A stretch of DNA of 64,000 nt, from positions 104,966,001 through 105,030,000 of the forward strand of contig JANJGN010000021.1 in assembly GCA_026770705.1 (NCBI GenBank), written 5' to 3'. The notes under the pieces are model-generated. The model did not search any database and was not told the origin of the DNA. It was given only the letters and a program-made list of their open reading frames with translations. Numbering within the stretch: position 1 is the first letter of the stretch; each line of letters starts with the position of its first letter. Below are positions 48,301 through 59,935 of this stretch, piece after piece. The DNA comes from Isurus oxyrinchus. Its lineage: Eukaryota. The position numbers were made by a program, and so were the translations under genes.

Positions 48301-49969
48301 TCCAGAATTCTTTATTACATTAAAACAAGCCTTTGCTAGCAAAAGTTTTTAAAATAAGAGGGTTTCTTCCGTTTTTCAAAAGGGCTTGGAACTGGACGCT
48401 ATGGACACTTACAGTAAACTGAACAGGTACGACGTGGAACAATGCTGCAAGCAATCCAATATATACCTTAAAAAGAAAGCTGTCTCCTCGCATGATGCAG
48501 GTTCTGAGGGGAATAACCTATGAACTTGAAGCGATTTGTTTTAAACGCAGACATCCTGAAAGTTGAGTGTTAGCTGAAAGTAATTTGTTTAGTCAATGTT
48601 TTCCATACCATGTAAGGAATGATTTGAATAATCCCTGTCATCCAATAACAGGGGCCGGAGCTAGCCGGCCTAGTAAACACCGGCTTTTAAGCAAAATTAT
48701 TCAATTTCAAAGGGTTTTCATCAACCACGACTTCAGCTAGGAAAGCTTGCTTCAATTCAATTTCCCCATTCACCCCTTATTGGTAAAACAAAGTGGAACG
48801 CCTGCAATATCAGTAAATTTATATGAATGTTGCTGAAAAGAGAGACATGCTGCCGAAGCTTTTTATCTTCCAGTCATCAGGACAAGCACAAGAATACCAG
48901 ATGTCAAACAATCAAAAGACAGTATACCACACGAGAAAAGGAGTGCTCATTGGTTGGCAAGTCGACTAAATTGGCCAATGCATTATCATGGAGAAAGTAA
49001 AGGGACTATAGGCTCACTAAGCTCCACGGTATAAAAAAAAGTGCAAGACTTGAACATATTCATTTTCTTCGCAGAGAAGGGTCTTTGTGTATGAAAGTAA
49101 ACGCTTCTAGCAAGCATAAATAAGCCATGTTACGAGCTCGAAAAATTACCTTAAATTGAAATGCGGCTTATTTATGCCTTGCTAGTGACAGGCATTCATA
49201 TTCAGGGACTACTCGCTGCAAACAAAAGAAAATTTATTTGTAATTTTGCCCATTGCTTTCTCCACGGCAATAACTTCGCCTGTCTGTAATTTTACAATGG
49301 GACAGGTGAGGCCTAGGCCGGCCCATCCGTCCATGTCACAACTGAGGTCCTTAAGTAGGGGGGTGGGGGGTGAAGAGAGAGCTCAAAAATCAACCGTCTT
49401 CAGGCCTCGGGCGAGGAGTGCGGGGCGGGGTGTGGAGGCGCCTCCACCAGCCCCTCGTTTTAAAATCAGGTGCCCCCCCCACTCAAAAAAGACTTAAAAC
49501 TTCATGTCCTCCCTCCCCCCGGCCTCTTCACCAACGCCACCTTCCACACTCCACTCTGTACAGCCCCCTGCGCTTCACTTCCCCATGTCACCCTAAGACC
49601 CCCACAATCATCCGACCCTGCACTCCGGGGACTTGGGTGATGGAGTCAGCCTGCAGTACCAGGCCTGTCCACTGCGGTTCTGACGCTAGAGGGCTGCAGA
49701 CCGGCAGGCAGTTCTCTGAGACGGGACTTTCCCCAAGTGAGGATTCCCGTCTCCAGCCAATTAACACTTGTTGGAGCGTTAAGTGGCTGCGGGGCAGGCA
49801 GGATCAGCGGGGATGTGATCTACGCCGACTCCTCGGATGGCCGAAAGGGAAACCCCGCCATCCTGGCCCAGGTCTGAAATCAGGAAAAAATGATCCAGCT
49901 TCAATTCTACTTGTGAAAGTTGTCACGGAAATAATCGCATTTTCACTTTTCATTCCCTACAGGAAATAG
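45038..49969 (+). CDS. NCR3: NKp30/NCR3-like VJ-type Ig receptor with cytoplasmic ITAM, gene 2 (leader not found). Exons: 45038-45376 V; 46869-46997 TM; optional 48039-48049 and 48113-48152; 48236-48288; 48383-48426; 49963-49969
   Basis: GT-AG, phase-compatible chain giving V-RSIKESNCVGPVTAFTSVLWAAIILLVIALMIIIACRLNWKWN-VFSHIEAGNRSELDSTYM|GLELDAMDTYSKLNR|K*; AATAAA at 50673. Confidence 0.8.
45790..46135 (-). mobile_element. HER1-type LINE 3' fragment (intronic)
   Basis: Homologous to 19400-19740. Confidence 0.8.
46869..46997 (+). CDS. Gene 2 stalk and transmembrane exon
   Basis: Acceptor TTTTTTATAATTTCAG, donor GTATGT, 129 nt, phase 1/1; uncharged hydrophobic helix. Confidence 0.85.
47216..47790 (-). 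mobile_element. CR1 3' fragment (intronic)
   Basis: ACATAGGAACATAGG tail and CR1 3' UTR/RT remnant. Confidence 0.75.
48236..48426 (+). CDS. Gene 2 ITAM exons (48236-48288 and 48383-48426)
   Basis: Acceptors TTTCTCTACAG and TTTTTCAAAAG; a phase-0 intron splits YM|GL; the motif is YMGL-x7-YSKL. Confidence 0.82.
48820..49270. mobile_element. Penelope-like pLTR fold-back fragment
   Basis: Similar to the 10097-10480 family; the reverse complement contains the CTGATGA hammerhead 5' core near 48873. Confidence 0.55.
49280..49869 (-). mobile_element. GC-rich MITE, same family as 43228-43826
   Basis: Terminal similarity in the opposite orientation. Confidence 0.55.
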
Positions 49970-50679
49970 TATACTTACTGCTTCGTCTAATCGGTGCTTG
50001 CATGTTTGGAACATGACAGCATAAATGCATGTTTTCCCAACTGACAAATCAAGATTGAGCCAGTCAACAATGAGTTAATCTTTAAAATCAGCGAATGTTT
50101 CTACAAGCTAATATGAAGATATTACTATCTTGATGGAATGAGTAGATGCTGCCCCTCCTGGTTTAAATGTAAAATGCGCCGGTCGATACTGAGGCCGCAA
50201 CGCATTGAAAACCAAAAGACTTGCCGAGGAACTGTGAGCCGCTTCTGTAACATTTTAGCTTGAAGCGTTCTACTGTAAACCGAAGTTAGAATTGTTGGGG
50301 TATTGTTTGGACGAAGAATAAGAATTCGAACTGCTGAATTGTTTTATGACGTTATTGCCATGAACCTCCTGTCGCTTTCACATCTTCCTGCATTCCATCG
50401 GGATCGTTCAAGGATCAATGATTGAACCAACTTGCCAGGAATGCACGTAGTTTGCCATTTGACGATGCATTTTGAAATGATTAAATATAACAATGTTTCG
50501 CAATAGTTTGGATGCTTTTGCTGCTAACTGAGGTCATGCGTCATAGATATTTCCATTTACGACTTTGATACTTTCTATTAATTAAGCTACTGAATTTTGT
50601 GACATATAAATGGATATTTTAAGTAAGTAATTGTTAAATGTTGCAGGTAACAGGATGAATTTATTTGAATTGAATAAAG

Positions 50680-51125
50680 GATTTATTGTATACTTAAAAC
50701 GGCCTAATGACATGTGTGCAGCGGCATCAGCCTAGGGACAGCGTCCCAAAGAGCTTCATAGGAGTTTAATGCGGCACAAAGTGACACCTATCCAAAGAAA
50801 CAAATATTAGGACAGGTGGCCGAAAGCTCCGTCAAATAAATACTTGTTAGAATCCTACATGGTGAATGGGTTTGTGGAGGGAATGCCAGAGCTCAGAGCC
50901 CGCGGGCCGAAGGTATGACCACCAATTGTGGGAGGAAGGAGCTGGCATGGACAAGCGGCCATAGGTAGAGGATAGTAGAGCACTTCGACTGGCGCCACAG
51001 ATAGGGAGGGCCGAAGCCGTGGATGGATTTGAACATGAACGGTAAATTTCTGAAGTCAAGGTGTTGTGGAGCTGTGAGTCCATGTAGGGCTGTTGGGTGA
51101 ACAGGACTTGATACGAGTCAGAACA
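50680..51125 (-). mobile_element. L2-type LINE 3' fragment
   Basis: ATATTAGGACAGGTGGCCGAAAGC...GAGGGAATGCCAGAGC motif, also seen at 59170-59540. Confidence 0.6.
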
Positions 51126-51149
51126 CTGCCCAGGAGCAATTTCCCTCTT

Positions 51150-54100
51150 TAAAGCTTCTACCCATGTCGCACGTTCTTTACATGAGCAGTCCATCCGCAC
51201 ATTACATGAACGTGACTATCCCATTCCTCCCAGGCTGAGGAAAGATACTTTCCCGTGCTTACATAATTCGAAGTAATTATTCATCACTGAGCAGTCATTG
51301 CACCTTCCTGATAAACTCGTGATGCCATTAAAAAAACGCTGCATTTTGCGAACAAAATTGTAAAGCAGATGATTTCGAAGAAAGCTGCTCACAAAGATCT
51401 AGCAGTGAGCGATCTGTGCACTCTCCCTTCTCGACGTCAGTATGAATCTGGCGCCCAGATAGAGGAATGTACCGATTTATTGCAACAATGGTGTCATCTA
51501 ATAAGGTAAGCAGCCAATAACATCTAATTATTCGCCGGGCAGCAAATCAGAAAGTGAAAACCATCGAATTCCTTCCCCTTTTCATTGAAAAGTTTTGCAG
51601 ACAGTGAAAGAAACATTTAGACATGCACATGGGATTAAGGCAGAAGCCAAAATACCATAACCCTATAATCTTACAATTCATCCAGTTGAAGGCAAGATAT
51701 CGTTATGAACCCCTAACAATTGATTTCTGCCAACCCAGGTATTTCTTAGACGTCGATAGATTGGCACTCCCCGCCTAGAGGTCACCTCACATAATCATAA
51801 TTCTTTCCTCTTTTGAAGGAGTACTGCTAATTCTAATTTATTAGCACATAAATACATGGAATTAAAGCAACAGATTACGTATAGAATTAGCGATTGCCCA
51901 ACTCTCCCTTCACAAGCATCCACCTTGTGGATCATTCTTATTGAGCCTTTTACTAACTTGCCTTCAATTGGCCCAACCCGTTTGAATCCTTTTAGTTTAA
52001 TTTTGCTCATTTTGGCTGTATATTTAGTTCTACCCCGATTATTTTAAAATCAGTTTCTCTACGGAGTATACATCGCTGCCTTGGTGATATAAATGTCTGA
52101 TTCTAGTGGCCACATTAACCATTCATGCCATGTTATTGCTCAAGCAGTTGCACATGTCGGAGACCCGTTCTTCACTGTATTTGACCATGCAGTTCCACAT
52201 GTTACTTGACACATAACAAGTCATATCTGCGCACTGAGACCGTATCTAAATATCATGTCACATATTCTAGACTTTTAGGTGATCTTGTCAAATGATCAAA
52301 GGGGGCCGCTGCCTCGATAGCTATGTTTATCTTCCACAGATGGTCCTGCAGTGGCATGACTATCCAATTCAGGTGTGTCATGTGAAGCAAAAGGCATGCC
52401 ACATTGATAACTTTAACATGGACTCTGCTCGTATGGAGGCTTCTGGAACTGGCTTTGTTTATTTCAAAAGGGACACTGATTAACACTTAATATGGCTGGC
52501 AACGGGGATCAGGTGACCTTTGCAACTTCAACACAGCCTATCAACCTTTCAGAAGATTCCAATTTGAATCATAATGGATGATGGCCTTCTCCTTGAATTA
52601 ACATGCCTAAACAGCGTAACCTTTTGCAATTCACATCTACCATTGTTGAAGCTTATCCCAAAACAAAGTCAATAGACTCCTAGATGTTATATGTGTTCAG
52701 GCGTGCAATGTAAGCAAGGAAAGCTGATGAGAGCAATCATCCACAAGTTGATTGTGAAAGACCATCATTCTGTTGAATATCAATGGCAGTTGACCATGTG
52801 ACTGAAACTGGTTCTCTGATACTGAAAGTGCACCATTTGTTTATTGTATTGCAATGGCTGTTGGTCATCTGACTGAAAAAAATCTGCGGTATGGAAATTC
52901 TTTCATCCCAGAACTCAGACGTGGCCTGAGGCAGTCTGTAGAATAACACCCACAATTCAGCAGCCACAGGGGAAGGCTGCACCACCTTTGCCTTTCAAGA
53001 ATGAAGAAACTTAAAAGCCTCAAGTCTGATTTTGAAACTCCGAGTCCATTGGTAAAGAAGTTGGACCGCCTGGTGTAACAGCCACAAGTGCCTGGTTACA
53101 CGACCTGCTGAACAGTCTTCTCTTTGAAGGAACCCTGCAGTTAATCTGAATATTCAATCACAAATATTAGAATTTATCCAAAACACAATTCAAGAGTGAA
53201 CAAGTTTCCCTTTTTAGTGGACTCTCAAATACATGTGAACTGTTCACTATTCCTTTGTTTAATTCTTGTAGAAGTACACTACCTTTTTTGAATTGTACCT
53301 TTGCTGAGTGCGCGGCCTCATATTGGTGTAGCATTTTCGATCTTTCAGGATGTGCGTATGAATAAAAAGCTCTCTTCGTTTAAACCATGAAAGTCTGCTG
53401 CTGATACTCTTTAAATTGAACACACACTAACGGATGTTTAGAAACACACACATATACCTTTTCAAATACAAACCGCACTGATTACGCACAGAAGGGGAGA
53501 AAATTGGGGGCTTCCAGTTTACATCTTCTTCTCTACCTAGAACAGTTGGCTTAATATTTCATTGACAAGAGTGCAAATATCTCCCAGAAAAAGCTTTCGG
53601 TTTGCTAACCTCATCCATAATTTCTTTTTCACTTGAATGTATATCAACACTAGGTTGATACATTCCATTGAATTACATCGCAGGTGAGTTATTCTCAATT
53701 AGTGGTTTGATTTCCCTGTCTCTATGTTTTAATCTAATTCAGGCATCAGATTAATACGATTCCATCCCATTCAGGAGCCATGGAGAAACTTTACTGTCCA
53801 ATACAATGTTCTCATAACATTTTTCAAAACAAAAGTCGAGCATTCTCATTTGATTCCAGGCATTAAGAAATTTTGTTTGTTGTTTATTTCTCATGGCGTT
53901 TCATTTCTCAAAAGTCACCCTACTAAACTTATTTGGCTGACATTTCATAATTGCAATATCATCCCAAATTCAAGAAGCTGTGTTTTTCAGGGTCTTGCTA
54001 CTGTTGAATTTAAACTTTTTTTCATACATAGAAACAACCTACACTATTCTTCATTAGTTTATTTTTGATGAAAATTTATTTATCTCCATAAACTTCAGTG

Positions 54101-54820
54101 CTCGGAATAGCAACTCACAGTAATTTATTTTATCAATCCCAGTTTCAGAAACTATACCAAGGCTTGGTGGTTTCAGGTGGTGCCTTTCCATCAGAGACAG
54201 AAGTGCTTGCATTTTTACAGGTAAGTTTCATATCTCTTGTTCTCAGGGAATTTTGTCTCGAAAGATAATAAATGATAACAAAAAATGATGTGAATAGTTA
54301 AAATCAATTCTTTGAAAGGCAAAGCCTTAGTTCACATAACGACTGACATTTTCTGTGACATTTGATGTCCTGAAATAAGTTTCTGAGTTCTTCAAAACTG
54401 CTAGATCGCTTACTGTGGCATCAGTACTCATGTATGACGCTGGAAACTATTTCTTTAAAAAAAAAACCCAAATCCATTATGACTCTGATTAGAAGTCCAA
54501 TTCGTTAATATGTCCAGTCAGATCTGTAAATTTAGAAACTCAAAATGTAGCGATGTCCAATATGCCCATACGTTTTGTGGAGAATTTGGAAAAAAAATAT
54601 CAGTAGAAATGCCTATCTTCTCGGCTTGCTTTTCCAAGCCACAGAAGAAAACATTCTCAAATGCATACAGTTGCAGGTATTTAAAAACAATTCTAATAAA
54701 AAACAAAGTCAATTTTAAACTGTGGTTTTTCAAAGTTATTTTGTTATAATTCTTTCAATTTTGTATAACACACCACTTTGAATTTTTGCAAGCCATTTCT
54801 CGCCCATTATTTTTTACAAC
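51150..54820 (-). pseudogene. Possible large decayed coding exon or ORF of unknown identity
   Basis: Unique-looking sequence in which one minus-strand frame persists over hundreds of codons with scattered stops and a few frameshifts; no family recognised. Confidence 0.35.
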
Positions 54821-55069
54821 TAGAATGATTAACATCCAGCATCAAATAGCACTATTCTTAATGTACACGATTGATCATTTAAAATTCAAAACTGCCAAGC
54901 TTGAGTGGTGTGAGCTTCATTATCCAGAATTAAAGAGTCCCAGGTGGACCTTGACGTAATATCTAGAATGTCACCGTGAAATTCAAATGAAATTCTAGTT
55001 TTTGCAACCTTTGAAAGGCAATTTACGTCAAAGCTTCAAATTTAATTCAATTGCTCGCTGAATAACGAA

Positions 55070-56093
55070 TGTTATGATGCTTGATCAGATCCCCGAGCTT
55101 TTGGTAAGGTCTGGTTAGGGATAAGTAACAGGTTGCTCAAAGTAGACACAGTAGATTGAAGAACATTTACTGAGAGAATGGAGCCACAAGTTCCACTGGG
55201 TTTGAATAAACAAAACCAACTTTACTGTGCAAGGTCAGCTAGATAAAATAAATTACAATACCTATCTTTTACTGTAACATTCAGAGTTACTATGAGGTAC
55301 ATGTGAATTAACGTGCAAACTGTGGTCGAAAACACTACACTGTACAGTAAATGGCAAATGCGACCAAGACAGATTCCACAGATTTCTCAACAGCCCACCC
55401 AGGCATCAGACTACGAGTCAACCAATCTGTTTGAAACTCTGTCTCTCTCACGAGGGATTCCAGTCTTCACCTACGAAGATCTTGTCTGGGAATTCTCTCC
55501 AAAAGTCGCTTCAACTCAGGTGGCCTCAATGATGGCTCACCTTGCAGGCTCTCAATCTCATCTTCCGAGATTAGGCTCTCCAGGATTCCTGGGTCTGCAC
55601 TCAAACCCCAACTCATAAGCACAACATCAGTTCTTCGGCCAAGCGGAACAGAATACTCCTGCTCCAAATGGTTACCTTTACATCCAACAGCCTGCAACAT
55701 GGAGTTGCCAATCTTCCGTTGCCTCTTTCCATCTCCAAGGCATCTCCTGAGCTCATTGTGATCGGCAGGGCTTCACCTGAGCCCTCGACACTCATAGTCT
55801 GACAACGGCAGCCCTTTTCCTGTTTGTAGCCTCTTTCTCTGCTCCTCTTCTTTCTTAACTTCACTGGGACCTCTCCCTGTCCCCTGTCTGGAACCCTTCT
55901 CTGTTATGGCGCCCCACTTCCGGTCACTGCCGGGGTTTTCGCGCTGTTTGTTTTTTCTTTTTGTGCGGGATGGCCGAGCACTTTAACTACCGGACTGCGC
56001 ATGCGCCGCCCGCACCTAGCATGAGAATCCTGAGAGCTGTCGGAACTTGTGTTGCCCACACCCGCTCCACAAGGTAAGTTGTATCTCATAACA
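55070..56093 (-). mobile_element. Probable solo LTR with CpG-rich promoter segment
   Basis: Inverted termini TGTTATGA/TCATAACA; no TSD; NRF1 and ETS motifs at 55915-56006. Confidence 0.5.
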
Positions 56094-56299
56094 TAATAAC
56101 ACATACTCTAAGAAGAAACTATAAATTACATCATTCTCCTGTTGTTTTTCAGGCGCCTTTTCAAATGACTGGAAGGAAACTATAGTTAGAAAAATAAAGC
56201 AAATATCACTTTCACAGTTAAATAAAACTTAGAACAATTTTAGACCAAACGGGTTAAAGAGAGACACCAGCTTCTTAAAAAAACTTCTTAAGCACTGCA

Positions 56300-58165
56300 A
56301 TCTTTGTGAAGTTGGCAAATTGTGAAGGTAGACTTCGATGAAAAAAAAAATCTGGAATGAAAACTCTGTTGATGACCAACATCTGGCTCACTAAGGCCCG
56401 TGCAATGTGATTTACTCTTAAATGCCCTATGAAAGAGCCCATCAAACAATTCAGTTCTATCATGTCACTACAAAGGAACGGTCAAACCATCTGGCATCAA
56501 TCTCAGCACCGGAAACGGCAAACTCTATTCTGTCGACCCTGCAAAGTCCTCCTTGCTCACATCAGGGCCACAATTGGGAGAGCTGTCTCACAGGCTAGTC
56601 AAGAAATACTTATACATAGCGATACTCACGCAATCATACTTTACACATAATATCTTAGAAATCACCATCGCCATCCTTGGATATGTGCTGCCCTATGGGC
56701 AGCAGAAGTGGCGGCACAGTGGGAGTTGCCCTGAGAGTTCTCAACATCGACTCCAGAACCCATGATATCTCATGGCATTAGGTCAAGCATGGGTAAGGAA
56801 ACCTCCTGCTGATTACGAAGTAATGTATCCACCGCCCGCACCCCGCCTCCCTCAGCTGATGAATCAGTGCGCCTCTATGTTGAGCACCATTTGGAGGAAG
56901 CACTGAGGAAGCATCTATCCATGAAGTATTGGAGGAAGTGACCACAGTCCTTGGGCAGATGAAGACCCGTCTTCACATTGAGGATGACCTCCATCGTATT
57001 GTGTGTTACTACCACCTTGCTAAATGAGTTAGATTTCGAACAGATTACGATCAAGCCAGGGGATCAACCCTGGTTCAATGAAGAGTGCAGGAGGGCATGC
57101 CGGGAGCAGCACCAGGCATACTTAAAAATGAGTTGTCAACCTGCTGAAGCTATAAAGCAGAACTACCTGCGTGACAAACAGCACAAACAGCGTGTGATAA
57201 ACAGGGCTAAGCGATCCACAACCACTGGATCAGATGTAAGCTCTGCAGTCCAGCCACATGCAGTCGTGAATGGTGGTGGACAATTAAACAACTCACCGGG
57301 GGAGGAGGCTACAAATATCCCCATGCTCAATGATAGAGGAGCCCAGCACATCAGTGCAAACAATAAGGCTGAAGCATTTATTACAATCTCCAGCCAGAAG
57401 TACCGACTGGATGACCCATCTCGGTCTCCTCCGGAGCCCCCCAGCATCACAGATTCACTCCCCGTTATATCAAGAAACAACTGAAGGCACTGGATACTGC
57501 AAAGGCTATGGGCCCTGACCATATTCCGGCAATAGAACTGAAGACTTGTGCTCCAGAACTTGCCACGCCTCTAGCCAAGTGGTTCCAGAACAGTTACAAC
57601 ACTGACATCTATCCGGCTGTGTGGAAAATTGCCCATGTATGTCATGTACACAAAAAGCAGAACAAATCCAACCCAGCGAATTACTGCCCCAAGTCTACTC
57701 TCGATTATCAGCATGGTAATGGAAGGGGCAATCAACAATGCTATCAAGCAGCATTTGCTTAGCAATAACCTGCTCACTGGCACCCAGTCTTTGCTCCGCC
57801 AGGGCCGATCAGCTCCTGACCTCATTACAGCCCTTGTTCAAACATGGACAAAAGAGCTGAACTCCCGATGTGCGGTGCGAGTGACAGCCCTTGACATCAA
57901 AGCAACATTTGTCAGAGTGTGGCATCAAGGAGCCCTAGGAAAAGTTGAGTCAATGGGAATAAGTGGAAGCCTCTCCGCTGGTTGGAATCATACATAGCAA
58001 GGAAGACGGTTGTGGTTGTTGGAGGTCAATGTTCTCAGTTCCAGGGCATTATTGCCAGAGTTCCTCAAGGCAGTGTCCTCGACCCAACCATCTTCACAAA
58101 TGACTTTCCTCCCATCATAAAACCGAAGTGGGGATGTTCGCTGATGATTGCACAATGTTCTAATC
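56300..58165 (+). mobile_element. HER1-type LINE ORF2 (endonuclease-RT) fragments
   Basis: KPGDQPWFNEECRRAC, KSNPANYCP, VRVTALDIKATFVRVWHQG, VPQGSVLDPTIF. Confidence 0.85.
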
Positions 58166-59704
58166 CTATATTTTACATGTACAAGCAGTCTGATAGAAAA
58201 ACCCAAGGTCTTGGTTTTCTGCTGTGAGGAGGCTCTTTTGTAACATGGTCCCATTACCTTGTTACCTTTCTGTACCGTGCCCCATTCCTGAGTTTTCTCA
58301 CTTTAACATCCAGTGGGATTGGGTGTCTAATAAAGTCGTGTTAGTTTTTAATAATATAGTTGGATTTTAACAATTAATGCACTGATTCATAATCTAATGA
58401 TCTTACAAATCGCATTGCCCTCATCAACTCATCGCTGTTACCTCGTCAAAAAACCTCAATCATATTTATCAAGCACGAGTTCATTTTTACAAATCCTGAC
58501 TTTCCTTTAATTAATCAAAATTATCCAAATGATTTAATTTTATCCCTGTTTATCATTTCAGAACGTCTGCGATTTCAACTCTGACTTCCTTCAGCTCCCT
58601 TGAATGCATCATATCCGATCCTGGTGACTTAACAACAAGTATCTCGTTATAAACTTCTTATATCTCCTCTTTATCTATCTTTAGTCATCCTGTACATCTT
58701 GCATGTCAACTATCTCCTCTTTTACACTGACCTTAGTAGCATTTTCTTCCTTGGTAAATTTAGATACAAAATACTTATCTAGTACCTTAGCCATGGCCTC
58801 TGCTTCAATGTGTAGCTGTCCTATTTGGGCCCTAGCCTCCCTCATTTCTCTTAATACCCTTCTACCATTTGCTTGACCGTCTTTATCTCCACTTTCCTCT
58901 CCACATCATACACCATCCTGATATGTTTACACATGACAGGCATTTCATTATCAGTGGGTGACAATCCTGGAGCACGATATTTAGTAGCATCATGAAAATC
59001 TCTTCACCAATGCGACTGCATTGGTTTAAGAAGGCGTCTTTCAGGGCAATTAGGGATAGGCAATAAATGTTGGCCTTGCTGGAGACTCCCACATATCAAG
59101 AATAAATGCAAGAAGGAACATAAAGGAATACATTACACATTGAATTATTGTCGATTCGCATGACATACAACAATAACCACAAGTAAATTCGATTATAACT
59201 TGCATTTATCGTGGCACCTTTGACATAATATAATGCCCCAAGTTGCTTCACAGAAGGGCTATAAGTCAAACTGTAACACCAAGACACATACGGATGTATT
59301 AGGGCAAGTGAGCAAATCTTGGTGAAAGAGGTAAGTTAAGGAGGAGAGAGAGCAGGAGCGAGGCAGAGATTTCAAGAGGGAATTAAGCTTGGGAGACACC
59401 AGAGGTAACGGTGTGGAAGAGGGAAGAGAATTAATAGTGAATGCAGTTCCAATCTGCTGGATGGTGGTGGGATGGTATTGGAAGCGGATAGTGTTGTGAA
59501 TGGTGTCAAAGGCTGCAGATAGGGCTAGAAGGACGAGGAGGGATTACCTACCCTCGAGGCTTACAGAATCCTAAACGATGTTTGGAAACAGAACAAGAAA
59601 ACTAATGTTTGCGCACGCAATTGTAGGAAACTGCATCTTTCCATACTCAAATTCATTGTCGATGCTACAGAGCTTAGAAAATTCATTCTGTGCTGCTAAT
59701 TTTT

Positions 59705-59935
59705 GGGGACAGTTGCACAGTGTTAATGGCCCTGGAGTAGTGATCTAGAGGGCCAGACTAATACGAGTTCAAATCATGTATTATCTGTTGGTGGAACTTA
59801 AATTCAATTAATTAATTAATCTGGAATTAAAAACTAATCTCAGTAGTGGTGACTATGAAACTATTGGATTGCCATAACTATCCATTGGGTTCATTAATGT
59901 CCTTTAGGAGAGAAGGTTTTCCATCCGTCATTCTG
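59705..59935 (+). mobile_element. HE1-type SINE (truncated)
   Basis: Similar to 27070-27300. Confidence 0.65.
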
